Below the pieces are notes generated by a model. It saw only the letters and a list, made by a program, of their open reading frames with translations. It had not been told where the DNA came from and searched no databases. A stretch of 64,000 nucleotides of DNA from a virus. Its lineage: Duplodnaviria > Caudoviricetes. Shown here in pieces: positions 1 to 10,089 of this stretch (positions are counted from its first letter, which is position 1; every line of letters starts with the position of its first letter). The stretch lies in the IMG/VR virus record IMGVR_UViG_3300029305_003178, positions 32,001 through 96,000 of that record. One strand, 5' to 3'. The translations under genes were made by a program, and so were the position numbers.

Positions 1-49
1 ACTATATTAGATACATTTAAGTTTGAAGTAGTATAATAAAGGTGATTTT

Positions 50-610
50 ATGAGTAGAAAATACGAGGTAGAAATTTGCAAATGCGGTAGAATTCATTTT
101 ATTGATTGGAATGAAATTAGTACTGCATGTGATGAAGAAAAAGAGCTTCTTGTTATTTGTGGTGGTTGCGGCAAAAGAAGATATATTGGATCGAATAAGT
201 ATCCCGATTGTGATAATCCAGATGGAATTATTCACAATATGTATTCTTATGAAGGATCACCTAATGAGAATTTCTATATTACAGAAGATTATTTTAAGGA
301 TAAAAATATCTATAAAGTATTTTATAGTTATGGTATTAAAGTACCAATGATGACAGGATATTTTGCAACATCTTTTATTGATGGAAATTTCTATGATTAT
401 CATTATCCTAATACGAATGTTATTTATAGAAACAGGACATCCGTAAATTACATTATACAATATTTTACAGAGTTAGAGGATAAAATGTCGACTGTAGATA
501 TGAAATCGTTAATTGATCATTACTTAACTGATGAACAAGCTAAGGAGCTTTCTTCTTATTATATTAAAGGTCTTAATTGGTCTGGTACCAAGTATGAAAG
601 AAAGGTGTAA
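50..610 (+). CDS. hypothetical protein with Cys pairs (possible Zn-binding)
   Basis: 186-aa ORF, AAGGTGA RBS, CKCG and CGGCG motifs. Confidence 0.7.
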   Translation: MSRKYEVEICKCGRIHFIDWNEISTACDEEKELLVICGGCGKRRYIGSNKYPDCDNPDGIIHNMYSYEGSPNENFYITEDYFKDKNIYKVFYSYGIKVPMMTGYFATSFIDGNFYDYHYPNTNVIYRNRTSVNYIIQYFTELEDKMSTVDMKSLIDHYLTDEQAKELSSYYIKGLNWSGTKYERKV

Positions 611-613
611 TTT

Positions 614-1015
614 ATGAAAGAAATTAGTTATAAAGAAATTCGAAATCTTCCATTTGGTACTAGAGTAAACTATGTATCAAGTGATTCGGGTCATATTCGT
701 GAATGCGTAAAAGTTGATAATGGGCTAGTCTATAAAGATGGTAGTATGTTCGAACTTGACCAACTTGAAGCACATGAGAATTATTGTATTGAACGGCAGG
801 GCTATTCTATTTATACATATTATGTGGTAGAAGACGAAAATGCATACGAAAAAATGTGGAAACAACTAAAGAAGAAAGTAGTAAATGACAGAGATTATTA
901 TGGTAGTTCAAGATCTGTTTATAGCTGCTCAGATTACGATGAGAGAAAACATAGAATGTCGACTCTTAACGATATTATTGCTATTATGAGTAGTATAGAA
1001 AAATCACATGAGTAA
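614..1015 (+). CDS. hypothetical protein
   Basis: 133-aa ORF, AAGGTG RBS; C-terminal helix (YEKMWKQLK...MSSIE) resembles that of the next gene. Confidence 0.7.
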   Translation: MKEISYKEIRNLPFGTRVNYVSSDSGHIRECVKVDNGLVYKDGSMFELDQLEAHENYCIERQGYSIYTYYVVEDENAYEKMWKQLKKKVVNDRDYYGSSRSVYSCSDYDERKHRMSTLNDIIAIMSSIEKSHE

Positions 1016-1033
1016 ATAATGAGGTGAAATAAT

Positions 1034-1378
1034 ATGCAGAAAATGAAATTTAGAAAGAAACCAATAAGTATTGAAGCATATCAAACTGATAAAGAAATGA
1101 TTATTCATACTTTAGAAGGTGATATGTTAGCACATGTAGGTGACTGGATTATCACTGGTGTTAATGGTGAGCAGTATCCTTGTAAGCCAGACATTTTTGA
1201 AAAGACATATGAGTTCGCAGATTCTGAAAGTGTAAATACATATGAAATCATGTGGAACGATTTAAAATCTGTTATACAGAGTGTAACATCCGTGAATATG
1301 GAGCTTCATTCTATTAAAGCATACAAATCTATTTTAAACATTATGGGTGATTTTGAAATGGAAAATATTAAAAAATAA
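1034..1378 (+). CDS. conserved phage protein ([24 protein letters not shown] family; possibly an Acb4-like nucleotide sponge)
   Basis: Recognisable widespread phage motif set; GAGGTG RBS; the Acb4 link is from recall only. Confidence 0.6.
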   Translation: MQKMKFRKKPISIEAYQTDKEMIIHTLEGDMLAHVGDWIITGVNGEQYPCKPDIFEKTYEFADSESVNTYEIMWNDLKSVIQSVTSVNMELHSIKAYKSILNIMGDFEMENIKK

Positions 1379-1385
1379 AAGTAAT

Positions 1386-1424
1386 TGGGATATATGCAAT
1401 TAAGCATATATCCCATTTTTTTTT
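1386..1424. terminator. intrinsic terminator between convergent genes
   Basis: TGGGATATATGC/GCATATATCCCA 12-bp stem followed by a T run. Confidence 0.8.
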
Positions 1425-1425
1425 A

Positions 1426-1962
1426 TCATCTTAAAGCTAAAAAGAAATTTCTTGTGTAAGTTTCAAAAGAAAAATAATGTTCATTAGGAATTCCATCCAC
1501 ACTAATTAATCTCCAATCTGGATAAACATCAATTGTTGGAAAGAATGTATCCGCATTATTGTATGTATCATCAATTCTAGTAACATAGGCATCAGTGCAG
1601 TAGTCTATTAATTGTCTATAAATTTGACCACCGCCTGCTACATAAATCTGTTTATTATGAATTTTATTTAATTCATTATTTAATTCTTCTAAATTATGTA
1701 CGATTATAACATTATCTGCTTTATAGTTTTCATCTCTTGTTAAAACGATATTAATTCTATTAGGAAGAGCTTTTCCATTAGGAAAAGATTCTAATGTTTT
1801 TCTTCCTATAATAATAACATTATTAGTTGTTAATTCTTTGAATCTTTTTAAGTCTTCTGGAATTCTTTTTAAAAGATTTCCCTTGTAACCAATTCCCCAA
1901 TTGTTGTCTGCAGCAACAATAGCAATCATTTTTTTCTCTCTTAATTCTTTAATTGTATTCAT
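1426..1962 (-). CDS. folA: dihydrofolate reductase
   Basis: IAIVAADNNWGIG, PEDLKRFK, GRKT, LPNRINIVL, GGGQIY and ADTFFP motifs. Confidence 0.95.
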   Translation of the reverse strand: MNTIKELREKKMIAIVAADNNWGIGYKGNLLKRIPEDLKRFKELTTNNVIIIGRKTLESFPNGKALPNRINIVLTRDENYKADNVIIVHNLEELNNELNKIHNKQIYVAGGGQIYRQLIDYCTDAYVTRIDDTYNNADTFFPTIDVYPDWRLISVDGIPNEHYFSFETYTRNFFLALR

Positions 1963-2088
1963 TTTAATACCTCCCCCTGTAATAACAGATAATGTTATAT
2001 ATATTAAAGTTTAATCTATTATAAAAAAATAATTTTTTAAATATATATTATTGATTTGACATAATATAAATAAAGGAGGTTGTTAATT

Positions 2089-2397
2089 ATGTCTAAAAGA
2101 ATATTCATATCTGTTGGTATGCACAGTAGATCTAATCATGAAGTGGCACTTGATATAGATAGAGCATACAGAAAACTTAAAGAAATGTATAATCATGATA
2201 TTATCACTATAGTATCTAATTTATATTGTGAAGCTCCTGTAGATGCAGATAGATTGTATTATCTTGGAGAAGCTATTAAGAAACTTGGAACCTGTGATGC
2301 ATGTTATTTTGTTAAAGGTTGGGATAATAGTAAAGGGTGTTTAATTGAAGCGACAGTTTGTAAACTTTATGAAATTCCAATGATTGAGGAGATCTAA
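2089..2397 (+). CDS. DUF4406/nucleoside-deoxyribosyltransferase-like protein
   Basis: RIFIS.GM ... L..CDACYF..GW..SKGC..E pattern; ATG 9 nt after GGAGG. Confidence 0.6.
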   Translation: MSKRIFISVGMHSRSNHEVALDIDRAYRKLKEMYNHDIITIVSNLYCEAPVDADRLYYLGEAIKKLGTCDACYFVKGWDNSKGCLIEATVCKLYEIPMIEEI

Positions 2398-2399
2398 CA

Positions 2400-2663
2400 A
2401 TGGGTACATTTACAGAAATGGTTTATAGATGTAAGGATTGTAACAGTGATAAATGTAAAGACTGTACATATAATGAAGTTCATCATAATGATAATAATAG
2501 GAGGGTTAAAACTATGAAAACTAAAACTTTTAAATATCATATTACATTTAAAGACGGTAGAGAAATTGATGAAGAATTTGAAGCGGATAACGTATTAGAC
2601 GGACATTATCGTATTTATAGAAAATATGGTAGAACCTATGCTAAAGCTTATTATATTAAATGA
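2400..2663 (+). CDS. hypothetical protein (a second RBS and ATG near 2514 is possible)
   Basis: 87-aa ORF with Cys-rich N-terminus. Confidence 0.5.
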   Translation: MGTFTEMVYRCKDCNSDKCKDCTYNEVHHNDNNRRVKTMKTKTFKYHITFKDGREIDEEFEADNVLDGHYRIYRKYGRTYAKAYYIK

Positions 2664-2677
2664 GTAGGTGATACAAC

Positions 2678-3016
2678 ATGAAATTTACTGAAAGAATGGA
2701 TGAATTAAATGATACTATCAATAAAGGCAATATATTATCTCCATCTTTATCTGATAGAGAAGCTTTGTTATTTATTGTAGATTATTTACTAGGTGAAGAT
2801 TGGTGTTCTCCTAGCCCAATAAGTACCGAGCAAATAAATACTGAGATAGTTCATACTATTCTTTACAAATATTCTAAAGAATATAAAGAAGAATATGATG
2901 AATGGTCTGGTATAAATAGACAAAAAGAATTAAATTCATTGAAATATGCATTTCATGAGTTTATTGAACGTTTTAAGATAACTTTAAAAGAAAAAATTGG
3001 TATAGGAGATAATTAA
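2678..3016 (+). CDS. hypothetical protein
   Basis: 112-aa ORF, AGGTGA RBS. Confidence 0.7.
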   Translation: MKFTERMDELNDTINKGNILSPSLSDREALLFIVDYLLGEDWCSPSPISTEQINTEIVHTILYKYSKEYKEEYDEWSGINRQKELNSLKYAFHEFIERFKITLKEKIGIGDN

Positions 3017-3018
3017 TT

Positions 3019-3204
3019 ATGAATGAAAAGACATACTCAATCAAAGTAACATTTAAGAATGGTATAGTTACTACGTTTAATAATATTGTAGATCATGAAG
3101 AAAAAGATGGTAAATTATATGTAAAATGTATTAGAGAAATCGATTTTCCATTAGATGATATTAAATCTATTGAGAAAGTAGATAATAACAGAGAGGATGA
3201 CTAA
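3019..3204 (+). CDS. small beta-rich protein (paralog family 3.0-4.36 kb)
   Basis: 61 aa, GGAG RBS. Confidence 0.65.
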   Translation: MNEKTYSIKVTFKNGIVTTFNNIVDHEEKDGKLYVKCIREIDFPLDDIKSIEKVDNNREDD

Positions 3205-3700
3205 AATTATGGCAATTGTATATCCGTATGTTTGTTCTGGATGTGGTAAGCCCCCAGAATATTATTTTAGTAAAGAAGAAGATCTACATATCTTACAATG
3301 TATAACTAAAGGATGCAAATGGTATGGTATTAAATCATATTATTATGATAGCTTATGTGGTAAATCCATGGCTATCCAAATTTGGAATCAGCATCAAGAG
3401 TTTAGAAATACCATGAAAAAATTATTTGACATGATTGATTCTATCAACGATAGTAATAAAGATAATAATATAGATGATGTAAGAGGTAAGTCTGATGGTC
3501 AATTCTTTGAAATAATTCATCCAGAATATAATAGAGTTGAAATTCTTTTCACAGATAATAAGTTTACTGTGATACATAATGTGATAAGAATTAAAATTGT
3601 TGATGATACATTAGATATTATTAGATACGGTAATGATATGTACTTTAAATTATCTAATATTAAAGAATATTCTATGGGTCCGACTAGAAAAGAGGTATAA
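3197..3700 (+). CDS. Zn-ribbon (Lar-like) domain plus small beta domain
   Basis: CSGCG...C...C then IQIWN; paralog of the next gene. Confidence 0.6.
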   Translation: MTKIMAIVYPYVCSGCGKPPEYYFSKEEDLHILQCITKGCKWYGIKSYYYDSLCGKSMAIQIWNQHQEFRNTMKKLFDMIDSINDSNKDNNIDDVRGKSDGQFFEIIHPEYNRVEILFTDNKFTVIHNVIRIKIVDDTLDIIRYGNDMYFKLSNIKEYSMGPTRKEV

Positions 3701-3704
3701 AACT

Positions 3705-4184
3705 ATGGATGATAGAAATAGAAATAATGTTGGTATGAATTTATGTTACAGATGTGGGATATCTCCATATCTGTATTATATTCATAATAGTGGTGTTTGG
3801 GCTGTTTCATGTAAGAATCCCAAATGTGATGAATATCATAGACCTGTTGTTGGTATTAATGCTATTCTCGCAGAACAGGAATGGAATAAGAAACAAGAGT
3901 TTATGAAAACCACAGAAACTATTGAAAAAGTATATTCCATGATGAAAAAATTTAGTGAAAATGATGCTGATGACTGCAATGTAGCTGTAAGCACTGAATC
4001 ACATGAACCTAGAACTAATATTTTAGAAATTCATCATGACGATGATAATTATATCAAAATAGATAAAGTATTGAATTACTATTTTGATGGTAAATACTTA
4101 TGTATAAATAGAGTTATTACTGAAAAATATTCTGTCAGTCATAATATTAAAAACTTACATATGTATCCAGATAAAAAAGGGTGA
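3705..4184 (+). CDS. Zn-ribbon (Lar-like) domain plus small beta domain
   Basis: CYRCG...CKNPKC...QEWN; start moved to the ATG after GAGGT. Confidence 0.6.
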   Translation: MDDRNRNNVGMNLCYRCGISPYLYYIHNSGVWAVSCKNPKCDEYHRPVVGINAILAEQEWNKKQEFMKTTETIEKVYSMMKKFSENDADDCNVAVSTESHEPRTNILEIHHDDDNYIKIDKVLNYYFDGKYLCINRVITEKYSVSHNIKNLHMYPDKKG

Positions 4185-4188
4185 TATT

Positions 4189-4356
4189 ATGAAAATTGAT
4201 ATAAAATATAAAAAAGGTCACAAAGGAGAAAAATCATTTGCTTGTGTGAACAAATATTGGGTAGACAATAATTGTTTATATATGCAAAAGTTTTCTAGAA
4301 CGGTTGTGATTCCTTTAGATAATATAGAAAATTTCCAAGTAATTGGAAATTGGTAA
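4189..4356 (+). CDS. 55-aa small protein missing from the ORF track (paralog of 3019..3204)
   Basis: MKIDIKYKKG...IPLDNIENFQVIGNW*, GGGTGA RBS, ends at a terminator. Confidence 0.65.
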   Translation: MKIDIKYKKGHKGEKSFACVNKYWVDNNCLYMQKFSRTVVIPLDNIENFQVIGNW

Positions 4357-4405
4357 ATAAATATAGCAGTATAGGATTAATTTCCTATACTGCTTATTTT
4401 TTTTA

Positions 4406-6031
4406 TTATTTTACACTAATATCAAATACATCTTTACAAACTTCTGGCATTATTTTATCTAGCTTCATTGTATCTGTAATATCTGGATATTGTTTTTTAA
4501 TAAGATTATCCATACTAATAATATCTTCACTTGGAATACGTTCTTCACCAAATAGTGTTTGTTTTATTATGTCTGCTTTTGCTGGAGATATATCTAATTT
4601 AGGTTTACTATATATTTTAGTAAATTCAGATATAGTTCTACCAGCTTCTTCAAATACAGATTTAACCCTTGGGCATAATTCATTTAATTGCTTTTCCATT
4701 TGTTCTGTTGAGATTGCTGTCATTAGCGGATTATATTCTGCTTTTGCTATAGCCTCTTCAATATTTTTATTTATATCATCTGACATAAGTTTTTCACATA
4801 TTTTAATAAGATCTTCTTCAGAATTCTCGTGTCTAGAATCATTAATTTTCTTAATTTCTTCTTTAATTTCTCTAAGCTCAGTAAGTATAAGTTCATCCGT
4901 ATTAATAATTTCAAAGTTACCATTTTTCATATTTATATTAGTTTTACGAAATTCAAGCTCTTTATTAAAATTCTCCCATTCCGTTTTAGCTGTATCGGAA
5001 TAATTCCCTATATAATGGAACTCAAATTCATTATCATCTGTAATACTTGGTTCAAGACAGCTAGGAACTACAAATACATCTTCTCCATTATATATTGAAA
5101 GAATAGATCTAACTACATCCTGATTAGTTAGTTTTACTATTCCATTAGCTTTCATAGAATTTTCTTTATATATGATAATATATCCATTATTATTAGAAGT
5201 TTCTTCATTTGGAATATCTGGAATTCCTGGATGCATATATTTTATAGATTCTTTACGCTTCTTTTCTTTTGATTCTTTTAAAGCATCCCAGAAATTATAT
5301 CCTGTAGACTCACTAATTTCTTTGATATGTTTATCAATAGTTTCTCGTTCTTCTTTAGTTGCGTCTCTCATATCTTTTGAGATATCCTTAATACTGTCTT
5401 TTATTTTCATATAATCTTCATAAAAACTAAATCCAATTCTTTCTTTACATTTTCTAGATGCCTCTGGCAAATCGATATCGTAGACAGAACTATCAACAGT
5501 ATGCACATTATTAAAGACGGAATCAATCATTTCATACACATCATCTACGCAGAATGTTTCTATATCTGGATAATCTCTACCAGCTAAATTGCCGCCTCTA
5601 TATCTATCGATAGAATTATTTAATCTATCGATTAATTCATTTTTGAATTTAATAACTTCATCATTATTATATTTTTTAGCAACTTCTTCTGGATCTCCAA
5701 TTAATCTATCTACTGCTTCTTGAATATATGGTTCGACTTTCTTAACTCTTTCGTATCTACCAATAATTTCTTCAATAAAACTTTCCCAATGTGAGCGAAG
5801 ACCATAGCTCGGAACATACAAAACATTTGCTGGATCACAATTTAATACGCCACTCTCTGTATATGTATTAACAGATTTAATTTCCATACTACAAGGAGCA
5901 AATTCAATAAATGTGTGACATTTAGTGTCTTGGTTATTTTGTGCTAGGGCAGGTTTATCTTCCTGAACTAATCTAGGATTAGTTGGCTCTTTAAAAAATC
6001 TCTGCTTTATTTCAGCTAATAATTTACTCAT
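4406..6031 (-). CDS. hypothetical protein, 541 aa
   Basis: Long ORF, AAGGGAG RBS. Confidence 0.8.
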   Translation of the reverse strand: MSKLLAEIKQRFFKEPTNPRLVQEDKPALAQNNQDTKCHTFIEFAPCSMEIKSVNTYTESGVLNCDPANVLYVPSYGLRSHWESFIEEIIGRYERVKKVEPYIQEAVDRLIGDPEEVAKKYNNDEVIKFKNELIDRLNNSIDRYRGGNLAGRDYPDIETFCVDDVYEMIDSVFNNVHTVDSSVYDIDLPEASRKCKERIGFSFYEDYMKIKDSIKDISKDMRDATKEERETIDKHIKEISESTGYNFWDALKESKEKKRKESIKYMHPGIPDIPNEETSNNNGYIIIYKENSMKANGIVKLTNQDVVRSILSIYNGEDVFVVPSCLEPSITDDNEFEFHYIGNYSDTAKTEWENFNKELEFRKTNINMKNGNFEIINTDELILTELREIKEEIKKINDSRHENSEEDLIKICEKLMSDDINKNIEEAIAKAEYNPLMTAISTEQMEKQLNELCPRVKSVFEEAGRTISEFTKIYSKPKLDISPAKADIIKQTLFGEERIPSEDIISMDNLIKKQYPDITDTMKLDKIMPEVCKDVFDISVK

Positions 6032-6163
6032 AATAATCTCTCCCTTGTTATATGTTATCTGGGCTTAGGTGGTTTTTGTGAATTAACTTGTCTTGGATGT
6101 GAACTACTTTTTGCTATTGGTTCCATTATGATACAAAATAATTTTATTAAGATTTTTTTCATA

Positions 6164-7048
6164 TTATTCACCACTTTCTTCAGAATTAGTAATAACTAAT
6201 TCATAACCTTTGGCTTCCATATATTCTTGTGCTTGATCACTCAATGGAGAAACAAATTTTCCATTTAAATAAAAATATCCTAATACATACTCATATCTAG
6301 TTTCTTTGTCCAAATAAATAAAGTCTTTATTACCCATACCAGTATCTGTATCGAGAATGGAGACACATTGCTTGGTATCACTATCAATTTGAGCATATGA
6401 TAATTCATACTTTAATCCATCTTTTATTCGTTTATATTTTTCAGCATCGGATAGTGGTGTATAGTAAATCGGAGTTTTATAAGGTTCATCAAATACTCCA
6501 GTATTACCTTCAGGAACATCATATTCTTCTTCATTTAGAATATCGAGTTTTCTACATATTTTATCGAATTTATCAGATAACTCATTTAATTTTTTTATCA
6601 TTATACTTTTCGTATCTTCTTCTTTATTGTCGTATACATATCCTTTAGGTTTAGTATTATTTTTCTCATAACTAACACTAGAATTATCTGTAACTATATT
6701 AGAAAAACTAATTCTAAAATCAGAGTTATAGATATATTCAAAAGCTCTTGTAGAATATGGATCTACAAATTCTTCTTCTAAATAGAAATATCCAACACCA
6801 AATGGATATCTTGCTGTACTAGATATTTTTGGTAATTTAATAAAATATACTGAATCTCTAAGTTTAATATTATGCTCATACTCAGGATAATATAATCTAA
6901 AATAAATTACTTGATTTGTATCTTTTTCAATTATTGCATAAATTCTCTTACCATCTTTATTTTTATTATTTCTAAGATCATCCAAATCATCAATATGCTG
7001 ATGTAATTCCTCTCTAGAATATAAAATAATTGCTGGGTGTTTTTTCAT
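6164..7048 (-). CDS. two-domain member of the GYFYL..F..P paralog family
   Basis: FGVGYFYLEEEFVDPYS and VLGYFYLNGKFVSPLS; start placed after the AAGGAG RBS. Confidence 0.75.
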   Translation of the reverse strand: MKKHPAIILYSREELHQHIDDLDDLRNNKNKDGKRIYAIIEKDTNQVIYFRLYYPEYEHNIKLRDSVYFIKLPKISSTARYPFGVGYFYLEEEFVDPYSTRAFEYIYNSDFRISFSNIVTDNSSVSYEKNNTKPKGYVYDNKEEDTKSIMIKKLNELSDKFDKICRKLDILNEEEYDVPEGNTGVFDEPYKTPIYYTPLSDAEKYKRIKDGLKYELSYAQIDSDTKQCVSILDTDTGMGNKDFIYLDKETRYEYVLGYFYLNGKFVSPLSDQAQEYMEAKGYELVITNSEESGE

Positions 7049-7064
7049 AATAATCTCTCCTTTA

Positions 7065-7595
7065 TTATAGACCACGTCTAATACCATATAAATTTTCATC
7101 CATACTCTTCAATGTTTCATTCATTTGATGCATGAATTCTAACATATCATTTTCATATGGACTATATTTTGTCGTAATAGACTCTTCTTTAATATCATTT
7201 ACATTAGATATTGTATATCTTTCTTCAGATTCATCATCTGCAAATCTTATATTAAAATTATTAATGCGCATGTATTCGATACCCTCTTTACTATAAGGAT
7301 GAACGAACCCACAATCTAAATAAAAATACCCAATAGCGATATCAGGATAATCACAATACGCAGATGGTAAATTCATATATCTATAGTTAATACCACCATC
7401 AGGCAGCAATATATTTAATTCTTCGACAGTCTCATGATATAATTTTATAACCTGTCTTGTTTTTCTATCCAGCATAACGCTTTTATACCAAAAATATGGA
7501 TGATTATTACTATCATAGCAACGTCCCATACAGTCTTCATGACTCTTATTTATTGTATCAATTGTATAAATTATTACTGTTCCTTTATCTTTCAT
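7065..7595 (-). CDS. GYFYL..F..P paralog family protein
   Basis: IAIGYFYLDCGFVHPYS. Confidence 0.75.
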   Translation of the reverse strand: MKDKGTVIIYTIDTINKSHEDCMGRCYDSNNHPYFWYKSVMLDRKTRQVIKLYHETVEELNILLPDGGINYRYMNLPSAYCDYPDIAIGYFYLDCGFVHPYSKEGIEYMRINNFNIRFADDESEERYTISNVNDIKEESITTKYSPYENDMLEFMHQMNETLKSMDENLYGIRRGL

Positions 7596-7611
7596 ATTAA
7601 TCTATCCCCCT

Positions 7612-8079
7612 TTATTTAGTAATATTGATAAGACTTAAAGTTTCATCCATACTTTTAAGTACAGAAATTAAATCATTCTCAAATTTAGTCTTATATGAGT
7701 ATTCATTAACATCAGTTAATTTATAAGAAGAATTTTCTAATTCACGTGCTGTAAATCGGATTTCAAACTTATTAAATAATACATGCTTAAATCCAGCATC
7801 TGAATAAGGAAACTCAAATGTATTATTTAAATAAAAGAATCCTATACCAACATTTGGGTGTATTTCAGAATTTTCAATATCCATAAAGTCATAATCATCT
7901 CTATTATACATACCACTAAATATTATATCAATAATACTACGATCAATAATATTTACAACTTGTCTATTAGATTTATTTACTATAGCTGTTACATGTGGAT
8001 AATTTTTTCTCCACTCATTAGTCTTATTAACGCTATTCAGTATTTCATGAATAGAATAATAAACTACAAATTTATTCAT
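7612..8079 (-). CDS. GYFYL..F..P paralog family protein
   Basis: VGIGFFYLNNTFEFPYS; minus-strand TATATTAT near 8124-8131. Confidence 0.75.
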   Translation of the reverse strand: MNKFVVYYSIHEILNSVNKTNEWRKNYPHVTAIVNKSNRQVVNIIDRSIIDIIFSGMYNRDDYDFMDIENSEIHPNVGIGFFYLNNTFEFPYSDAGFKHVLFNKFEIRFTARELENSSYKLTDVNEYSYKTKFENDLISVLKSMDETLSLINITK

Positions 8080-8223
8080 AATAATCTCTCCCTCTATAAT
8101 AAAATTATTATAAAGTTTTCATGATAATATAAATGTAAAAATATGGTAAAATGAGCTTATTCGAATATATATTATTATCATGAATATAATAAAATAAGCA
8201 TCTTAGAGAGGAGACTTAAAAAT

Positions 8224-8664
8224 ATGAAAAACATTGACGATATTAAATATATGGCTTTGGCTGCATATAAACTGCTGCAACGAGCTAATAAACTTACCAC
8301 ATTTATGCAAACAGACGATTATCCATATATTGATTATAGTATCTGGGATAAGGTTGATGAATTATATGAGGGATCATCTAAAATCCCATACTGTACAACT
8401 TTCTGGTATCTGTTTGAAGACAGATTTACTGGAAAACGATATGCTGGATACGGTGATTTAAATAGACCATCAATGGGAGTAAGCTCTTTGATGGAACTAA
8501 TTGATGATAATTTTTATTACTATGGTGTATGTGTTCACAATACACCTTATGGAATATATTCGTGTCCTGGTCATACACCCAGATACGATAAAAGAAGATT
8601 TAAAGTAGTGCATCAAACAAAAGTAATTCGTGATAAACGCACGAATGAACAATATTGGGTGTGA
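8224..8664 (+). CDS. hypothetical early protein
   Basis: 146 aa; TATATTAT at 8168 and GAGGAG RBS. Confidence 0.75.
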   Translation: MKNIDDIKYMALAAYKLLQRANKLTTFMQTDDYPYIDYSIWDKVDELYEGSSKIPYCTTFWYLFEDRFTGKRYAGYGDLNRPSMGVSSLMELIDDNFYYYGVCVHNTPYGIYSCPGHTPRYDKRRFKVVHQTKVIRDKRTNEQYWV

Positions 8665-8670
8665 TATAAT

Positions 8671-8806
8671 TAGGTAGAGATTAGACATCTCTACCTATAT
8701 ATTTTTTTTATATGATCCGTATTTTGAGATTATTTAATTATATATTATTATCATGAATATAATAAAGATACCTATAAAAATATATCTTAGAGGAGGATTA
8801 ATTATG
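8671..8806 (+). repeat. terminator + early promoter + RBS cassette, copy 1
   Basis: About 130-bp imperfect direct repeat of 9175..9311. Confidence 0.85.
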
Positions 8807-9166
8807 AGATACGCAACATTTATTACAAAACCAAAAAGCGAAAGACGATATATTGAACAACGATTGTTCAAAGCCATGGATTCCATGAAAGATCATAAAG
8901 TATTTAACGATGTATCTGGCGAAAGCATGGATTGTATTGGCTTGGTATTTTTTAAATATGGTATCGGAGCCCTGCTCTCTACAGGATTCTATACAAGAAG
9001 AATTATCCGTATCAATCCACACGGCGCTCATCTTGAGTGTTGGGGATATGCAAGATTTGATAAAATGCTCGAGTATGATGATAGCTCGAACATTAAACAA
9101 TCACTCAAAAGCTATAATGAACGGTGCTCCGAACATGAACATGCGTTAGCATATGTTCTGTTCTAA
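8804..9166 (+). CDS. hypothetical early protein
   Basis: ATG after GGAGG within the repeat cassette. Confidence 0.7.
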   Translation: MRYATFITKPKSERRYIEQRLFKAMDSMKDHKVFNDVSGESMDCIGLVFFKYGIGALLSTGFYTRRIIRINPHGAHLECWGYARFDKMLEYDDSSNIKQSLKSYNERCSEHEHALAYVLF

Positions 9167-9174
9167 TATTTAAT

Positions 9175-9311
9175 TAGGTAGAGATGTTTAGTCTCTACCT
9201 ATATTTTTTTATATGATCCGTATTTTGAAGTTATTTAATTATATATTATTATCATGAATAAAAGAAAATACATCTATAAAAATATACATTTTAAAGGAGG
9301 ATTTAATTATG
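9175..9311 (+). repeat. terminator + early promoter + RBS cassette, copy 2
   Basis: TAGGTAGAGA-loop-TCTCTACCTA, TGATCCGTATTTTGA, TATATATTATTATCATGAATA, GGAGGA. Confidence 0.85.
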
Positions 9312-9641
9312 AGAACCATTGATACTATCTTTAACGAAATTAATGACCATATTTTTTCTACATTTTGCTATATGGATACTCTTGATAAAGATGTATTTGG
9401 TGCTTTTACGCTGTACAGGGAGTTTATGTCTCTAACTAAAACTTCATTATATAAATACGGGCGTGTTATTGAAAATGATATCACACTTGTAATTTCAGCG
9501 GTTGAAATTACAAATAGTCATGCCCGTATTATTGCAAATGGACATGAGTCTGCATTATATGGTGAAACCGTTAGGAAATTAGCCGATTCGGTTATTAAGT
9601 TTTGCTATGAACGCAAAGAAGAATTAGGTAAAGTCTTCTAA
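9309..9641 (+). CDS. hypothetical early protein
   Basis: 110 aa, AAGGAGG RBS. Confidence 0.75.
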   Translation: MRTIDTIFNEINDHIFSTFCYMDTLDKDVFGAFTLYREFMSLTKTSLYKYGRVIENDITLVISAVEITNSHARIIANGHESALYGETVRKLADSVIKFCYERKEELGKVF

Positions 9642-9679
9642 GCGTCTCTACCTATATTTATTTGAAAGGGGATTTGATT

Positions 9680-10060
9680 ATGGAATTTACAAACAATGCT
9701 ATCGAAATGATGAAAAACTGTTATACCAATGAACTCATATTTATTAAAAATGTGATAAATGGTGAATTTATCGATGAGGGTGATTTTGGTGACCCAAAGA
9801 AATGTGACATTCTGGTTATTTTAGGAGATATGACAGTAGTACCTATCGATACAACCAAAAGAGGTTACTACCCTATGCGAAAATTAAGAGTCAGATATGA
9901 TAATTCTGGAAATTCTATGGGTTATCGAGAACGCTATCAAATCTCTGATGTATTTATAAACCTTACAGGGGATATTGCTAACGATATTGAGGAGTATAAC
10001 AAAAATCATATTTCCATATATGGTGATTCAGAAAAAATCATTGCATATATCGAAGCATGA
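9680..10060 (+). CDS. hypothetical protein
   Basis: ATG after AAAGGGG. Confidence 0.7.
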   Translation: MEFTNNAIEMMKNCYTNELIFIKNVINGEFIDEGDFGDPKKCDILVILGDMTVVPIDTTKRGYYPMRKLRVRYDNSGNSMGYRERYQISDVFINLTGDIANDIEEYNKNHISIYGDSEKIIAYIEA

Positions 10061-10089
10061 CAAGATTTCATTTGAAAGGGGAATTAATT

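Noticed and set aside
4350-5414. Plus-strand ORFs here and similar shadow ORFs (for example 21896..22522, 33035..33598, 46922..47368, 52903..53361, 55618..56067, 59580..60140)
   Set aside because: Antisense shadows of longer genuine genes, lacking an RBS and with Ser/Ile/Phe-biased composition
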